A DNA stretch of 63,993 nucleotides, counting the filler, from Licmophora abbreviata (taxonomy: Eukaryota), in assembly GCA_900291995.1 (NCBI GenBank). It is 12 parts of 12 records of this genome, joined end to end, with 100 filler letters (N's around TTAATTAATTAA, not from the genome) between each part and the next. Parts side by side here need not be neighbours in the genome. Positions count along the whole stretch, not along the records: positions 58,497 to 62,403 come from OLMU01004941.1; positions 62,504 to 63,993 come from OLMU01004955.1; 10 more parts are not named here. The stretch is one strand, 5' to 3'. Positions 59,210-63,993 of the stretch are shown piece after piece; the stretch's first letter is position 1; every line of letters begins with the position of its first letter. The notes beneath the pieces are model-generated. The model ran no database searches, had not been told where the DNA came from, and saw nothing but the letters and a program-made list of their open reading frames with translations. Position numbers and translations under genes: made by a program.

Positions 59210-60328
59210 TCATGTATATACTACTAGAAAAAACAAGACAACGACCGCAGCAATGAGTAAGAGTATAGACCCCAATTGGCACTTGTCCTTGGTCTTGAGC
59301 ATCTTGGCAAGTTTTCCCATGACGATTCCCAACTTTTCCTCTGCATCCGCCAAGTCATCTTCCATTTCGTCGAGCATCTTGGACTGCACATTGATTTCAT
59401 CGTGAATCCCTCCCGCCATGTCGCCCACACGCGTGACTGCCTCATCCAACTCATCCAAGGTTTCGTCCTGGTTCTGCAGGAGGAGAGAAGTGCGTGCTGC
59501 AGTATCAACAATGAACGCAGTATTCTCTCCATCGGCAGTGCCGTTGCTACCCATACTGTCATTGTGTTGTTGTTGTTGTTGTGCTCGTCTCATTTGCTTG
59601 GCTCGCTCATCCGCCAGTAGTTTACTCTTGACAGTGTCACTGTTCATATCGTGCTTTGCTTTCAAAATTCGATCGTGAGACGTTTGCACGAGCGAGTTCC
59701 GATCGTACAAGTCCGAGGAAGTGACGGCAAACTTGTCGGGCTGCGATTCGACGAGACGCACGGTCGTTTGAACATCCTTGAGGGTCCGTTCCGCATTCTT
59801 CAAATGGCGCTTCAATTGTTTCTTGGTGTCGCGGAGGTCGTGCGTGTTGACCGCAGTGTCCTGAAATAGGATGGTGAGTGAGTGAGTGAGTGAGTGAGCA
59901 TAGTACGAGTAGTACAATCATGTCACGATCTTACTCACCGTCTGGTGCACGATGCGCAAGTAGTCCGTGAGACTCTCCTCGACGAGATCTAGCTTGTCGT
60001 ACAAGTCTTCTCGAAAGACGTAGAATGGGTCTTGTTTTTGTGGATGCTCCTCAGTACGGATACTGTTGTTGGTGAGGGGTTGCTGCAATTCTGTATTGTT
60101 GGGAGGTTTCCGTCTTGATAGTTTAGAAGACAATGAAGACAGAGCGACTGATCCCATTTCTTCGTCGTCGTCGTTGTCCGCGTCGTGGTGGTTCATATCG
60201 GTAGTAGTAGAAATAGTAGTAGTACCGGTACTCTCACGATGTTTGCTGGCGTTCGTGGTAGTTCCGTTCGAGTTGAGACGCTCCTTTTGTCCGTCCGACG
60301 ACTCTTCTGTAAGATTCGTATACTGCAT
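59210..60328 (-). CDS. Syntaxin-6/Tlg1-like Qc-SNARE (intron 59861-59938)
   Basis: QDPFYVFREDL Syntaxin-6_N start; SNARE motif QDETLDEL...IHDEINVQSKMLDEM; C-terminal TM. Confidence 0.9.
59874..59897. repeat. (GTGA)6 intronic microsatellite
   Basis: Read directly; lies within the syntaxin intron. Confidence 0.85.
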
Positions 60329-60825
60329 GGAAGATTGTAGTCTACAAAAGCTGAGGGGTCGCGTTTCTTTTGGGCGGACGGATGACTGCGGATCGATTGA
60401 TTCCCGGCGTCGTGGCGGAAGGTGCCATTGTGAGACCCGAGACGGCGACGAGTTCTTGTTGATTTTTTTGTGAAAAAGGTCAGTGACAAGGGTCTGTCTG
60501 TCCGTCAAACCCGACGTACAGACGCTTTTCTCGTGGAAAGCATATCATACCACGACGTAGAGCCACGACGAGACGAGATCTTCAATCAACCAGCCAACCA
60601 ACCAACTGCACATACAAACTCGTACTCGAGTAGGGCTTTACGTACCTTGAACCTGGTATGATATCATACGGTGGGAACCGGAACTATTGCGACTTCGCTG
60701 CTGTGGTTACTGTTCAAACTTTTTGTCGTCAGACTTCATTAGAAGTACCGGTGTCACCTGCTTCCGTACTTCCATCTTCGTCTAGCCTTCCGTCGCGAGC
60801 TTACTGCAGCGTGGTATCATTTCTG

Positions 60826-62217
60826 ATGTCCTCCCCGGCCAAAAAGATTTCTGAAAGGAAATTGACAGATCTACTTGTGGGCATGATTCTGGCCCTGGCG
60901 TTGTGCTTCGTTCCCCTCGTGGAATCGATGCAGCCGAAAGTGACGACGGTAGAGAGCACCCCCGCTCAGAGACTCGTTGGCTCCCTCATGATGCCCGAAG
61001 GTTCGCCGTGGTGTGGCGGGCTGCCTACCTACTGGCTTGTAGGACATCATCTGATAGAAGAGAGTCCCTGGTGCTTGAACGCCAACGGACAGTGGTACCA
61101 GCCCAAGGTCGTCCTACTTGACAGGAAAGACGAACTCTCTGCCCAGACAGGCGGGGGCTTTGTTGATCGACACGCGTGTGTTGACATGGATGTGAACAAT
61201 GACGGCCTTCCGGATATCATCTGTACCGTCGGGGCAGCAGCAGGCGTAGGCGTGGGATGGACCGAGATTTATCTTACGCTACCAAACGGAAGCGTCTCGA
61301 AAGTTCTACGACATGGACTGCAGAAGTATCCGTCCGTCAGAGCGCGTGGTATAACCAAACTGAAAGGGCCTAATGGTGAGGATCTTGTTATGATTGGTGC
61401 GCTCGGCTTTCCGCGCAAAGACGGTGAAGTGAACGACAACAGGATGTATCGGAAGATTGAAGAGCCCACATTCGGCGGGCCACTCTTCTTTGAAGAAGTT
61501 GACGGGCCGTGGCAATTCGAGTCGATTGAAAAGTGTCTTGTGGTGGTAGACCTCAACAATGATGGTCTGGATGACATCATCATGTGCAACAGGGACGACC
61601 CAGCATATTACTTCACGCAGAATGCTGATGGCACGTGGGACGGTGACAGATTCCCTGGATGGTATGCAAGGCGGTGGGCTGATGTACGTGTTGCGGATGT
61701 TACCGGAGACGGAGTCCCCGATCTGCTTGTTGTATCCGAAAACGGTAGTGGTGGAACATCGACTTTTCGTGTTTTTCAGGGACGCTCGGCTCCTCCTTAC
61801 TTTGACTTTTCTAGTGACGGCATGGTTTTTCGAAGGTGGTTGCCTAATCAAGCTGACAGCTTGGAGGTGTTGGATGTCAATGACGATGGCCTGGTGGACG
61901 TCTACCTCGTGCAAGCAGATCGCTTGACACCAGATACGTATTGTGCACCAGACAAACGATTCAATAGTACAGGATGGTGGGAAACCCGTGGTCATCCTGA
62001 TGATTTTGTCCCACCTCTGGACGAAGCCAAAGACTTTCTACTGCTGGGCAATGACCTAAGCCAAGATCCGTCTCAGGACCTGTTCCAAGCCATAAGGATG
62101 AAACATTCAGAGCCAGGGTGCGGCTATTGGGTCGAAAAGTTTGGAGACAATCGCACCTTGGTGCTTGGCCAAGGTGATGGGGGCCGACCTGGACATAGTC
62201 TCCTACTGGAATGGTAG
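60826..62217 (+). CDS. Secreted or anchored FG-GAP/VCBS-repeat protein
   Basis: Hydrophobic N-terminal segment; Ca-binding motifs DVNNDGLPDI, DLNNDGLDDI, DVTGDGVPDL, DVNDDGLVDV. Confidence 0.8.
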   Translation: MSSPAKKISERKLTDLLVGMILALALCFVPLVESMQPKVTTVESTPAQRLVGSLMMPEGSPWCGGLPTYWLVGHHLIEESPWCLNANGQWYQPKVVLLDRKDELSAQTGGGFVDRHACVDMDVNNDGLPDIICTVGAAAGVGVGWTEIYLTLPNGSVSKVLRHGLQKYPSVRARGITKLKGPNGEDLVMIGALGFPRKDGEVNDNRMYRKIEEPTFGGPLFFEEVDGPWQFESIEKCLVVVDLNNDGLDDIIMCNRDDPAYYFTQNADGTWDGDRFPGWYARRWADVRVADVTGDGVPDLLVVSENGSGGTSTFRVFQGRSAPPYFDFSSDGMVFRRWLPNQADSLEVLDVNDDGLVDVYLVQADRLTPDTYCAPDKRFNSTGWWETRGHPDDFVPPLDEAKDFLLLGNDLSQDPSQDLFQAIRMKHSEPGCGYWVEKFGDNRTLVLGQGDGGRPGHSLLLEW

Positions 62218-62503
62218 CGTTGTGAGACTGACATGAGCCGCCCAGCGTTTTGTGTTTTGAGTTCCAGACAATGTCTCTCCCTTCTCAAAGGCGTCTTTCG
62301 TCGGCTCCTATTATATGGATATGTGTGGTTGGGAAGTGGCGATTGCTACTTGGTACCTCGGGCGAGACCTGCTTGCACGGAGAAGAGTCTCAGTCTTAAA
62401 TAGNNNNNNNNNNNNNNNNNNNNNNNNNNNNNNNNNNNNNNNNNNNNTTAATTAATTAANNNNNNNNNNNNNNNNNNNNNNNNNNNNNNNNNNNNNNNNN
62501 NNN

Positions 62504-63156
62504 TCAGTTTCGACCTGCCTGTGCGCGAGGCACTCGGGCGCGACGATTTTTTCGTCTCGCCCGCCAATTCCGAAGCCGTGGCGCTGATCGAAGGCTGGCG
62601 GGGCTGGCCTTCGCGCAAGCTGCTGCTGGTGGGGCCGCCGGGATCGGGCAAGACGCATCTGGCGCATGTCTGGGCCACATTGGCCGATGCCCGGATCATC
62701 GCGGCGCACGCCCTGACCCGGGCCGATATCCCCGCCTTGGCCACAGGCAATATCGCGGTCGAGGATTGCGATGACATCGCCCGGGATGCCGCCGCGGAAG
62801 AGGCGCTGTTTCATCTGCACAACCTGGCGCTTGCCGAAGGCCACACCGTGCTTTTCACCGCGGCGCGCGCGCCGCAACACTGGGGCCTCAGCCTGCCCGA
62901 TCTGGCCAGCCGGATGCAGGGCACCCCGGCGACCATCCTGCACGAGCCGGATGACACGCTGCTGGCGGCGGTGCTGATGAAGCTGATGACCGACCGGCAA
63001 TTGTCGCCCTCCCCCGAAACGATCCCCTATCTCACACGGCGCATCGACCGGTCGTTCGAGGCGGCGCGCGATGTGGTGGACGAGCTGGATGCGCTGGCGC
63101 TGGCGACGGGGCGGCCGATCAATCGGGCGCTGGCGGCGAAGGTGCTGGACAAGTGA
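62504..63156 (+). CDS. hda: Bacterial DnaA regulatory inactivator Hda/HdaA (5' end clipped)
   Basis: SFDLP remnant of the clamp-binding motif at the contig edge, DFFVSPAN, GPPGSGKTHL, LFHLHN, LPDLASR; high GC, no introns. Confidence 0.88.
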
Positions 63157-63214
63157 CCGGCGGGGCTGCAGACTCCGTCACCGTGCCGTTACATGCCAAC
63201 GCCATAAGGCCCAT

Positions 63215-63993
63215 ATGAACAAAGCTGATTTCCTCAAGTCACCGCCACCCGCCGCCGTTGAAATCCCCGAACTGGATCTGACCGGGCCGGGGCGGTTCTT
63301 CAATCGTGAGCTCAGCTGGCTGGGCTTCAACTGGCGCGTGCTGGAAGAGGCGCAGAATCCGCGCGTTCCGCTGCTCGAGCGGCTGCGCTTCCTGTCGATC
63401 TCGGCCACCAACCTGGACGAGTTCTACAATGTGCGCGTCGCGGGTCTGCGCGAGTTGGCGCAGGCGGGCAACACCACACCCGCCGCCGACGGGCTGACGC
63501 CCGCCGAACAGCTTGTGCTGATCAACGAAAACGCCCGCAACCTTCTGGCATCGCAGCAGAAAACCTATGAAACGCTGCGCCGCGAGATGGCAGACGAGAA
63601 TATCACCATCCTCGATCTCGACCGGCTGACCGAAGAGGACCGCAGTCATCTTGCCGATGTGTTCCTGCACAATGTCTTTCCGGTCCTGTCGCCGCTGGCC
63701 ATCGACCCCGCGCATCCTTTCCCTTTCATTCCCAACCTGGGCTATTCGCTGGCCCTGCAACTCGAGCGCAAATCCGACAAGCGCCCGCTGCAGGCGCTGT
63801 TGCCGATCCCGCAGCAGATCGAACGCTTCGTGACCCTGCCCGCCGACCCCGGCACACACCGGGTCATACGGTTGGAAGATGTGCTGCTGCTGCATCTCGA
63901 CAGCCTGTTTCCGGGCTACAGGTACAAGGGGCATTGCAGCTTCCGGGTGCTGCGCGACAGCGATCTGGAAGTCGAGGAAGAGGCCGAGGATCT
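63215..63993 (+). CDS. ppk1: Bacterial polyphosphate kinase 1 (runs off window; absent from ORF track)
   Basis: MNKADFLK...RFFNRELSWLGFNWRVLEEA.NPRVPLLERLRFLSISATNLDEFYNVRVAGL...LSPLAIDPAHPFPFIPN. Confidence 0.95.
   Translation, partial: MNKADFLKSPPPAAVEIPELDLTGPGRFFNRELSWLGFNWRVLEEAQNPRVPLLERLRFLSISATNLDEFYNVRVAGLRELAQAGNTTPAADGLTPAEQLVLINENARNLLASQQKTYETLRREMADENITILDLDRLTEEDRSHLADVFLHNVFPVLSPLAIDPAHPFPFIPNLGYSLALQLERKSDKRPLQALLPIPQQIERFVTLPADPGTHRVIRLEDVLLLHLDSLFPGYRYKGHCSFRVLRDSDLEVEEEAED

Noticed and set aside
7570..62217. Apparent glycan/adhesion gene cluster (sulfotransferase, GHL10, O-FucT, FG-GAP/VCBS)
   Set aside because: The genes lie on different contigs with no evidence of physical linkage
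9227..62503. Recurrent palindrome TTAATTAATTAA, 11 copies
   Set aside because: Always centred in 44+44 Ns. It is an assembly linker, not a CRISPR repeat or recombination site, and ORFs containing X runs are artefacts of it.

Overview
This window is not one locus. It is 12 contigs joined by an artificial 100-nt linker (N44-TTAATTAATTAA-N44, stops in all six frames). Contigs 1-11 (1-62403) are a compact eukaryotic nuclear genome, most likely a diatom. The evidence is short GT-AG introns of about 75-135 nt, bipartite plastid-targeting presequences (VHA-W, VSA-W, CDA-F, AHG-F), a delta-carbonic anhydrase and TTAGGG telomere repeats. Most genes are housekeeping: HSP20, SPB1, complex I ESSS, ABCF2, SEC63, VTE4, ATP23, HemF, PRP38, GrpE, MSH6, cytosolic ACCase, PMR1/SPCA and syntaxin-6. 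Contig 12 (62504-63993) is GC-rich bacterial DNA (hda-ppk1, Rhodobacteraceae-like), so probably a co-assembled associated bacterium. The most interesting unannotated structure is a delta-CA gene with four CO2/cAMP-response-type TGACGT elements. It sits between two diverged copies of an O-fucosyltransferase/amine-oxidase head-to-head promoter, and each copy carries a dead 5' stub of the other gene. Also notable are a probable diatom homolog of the plant mitochondrial beta-barrel OM47, a chromosome-end contig (LINE relic, RING-like ORF, telomere), an 11-nt micro-exon inside a Walker A motif, and a UIM+LIR orphan protein. I found no CRISPR array, rRNA, tRNA or prokaryotic defence system. All family assignments come from motif recognition by eye, not database searches.
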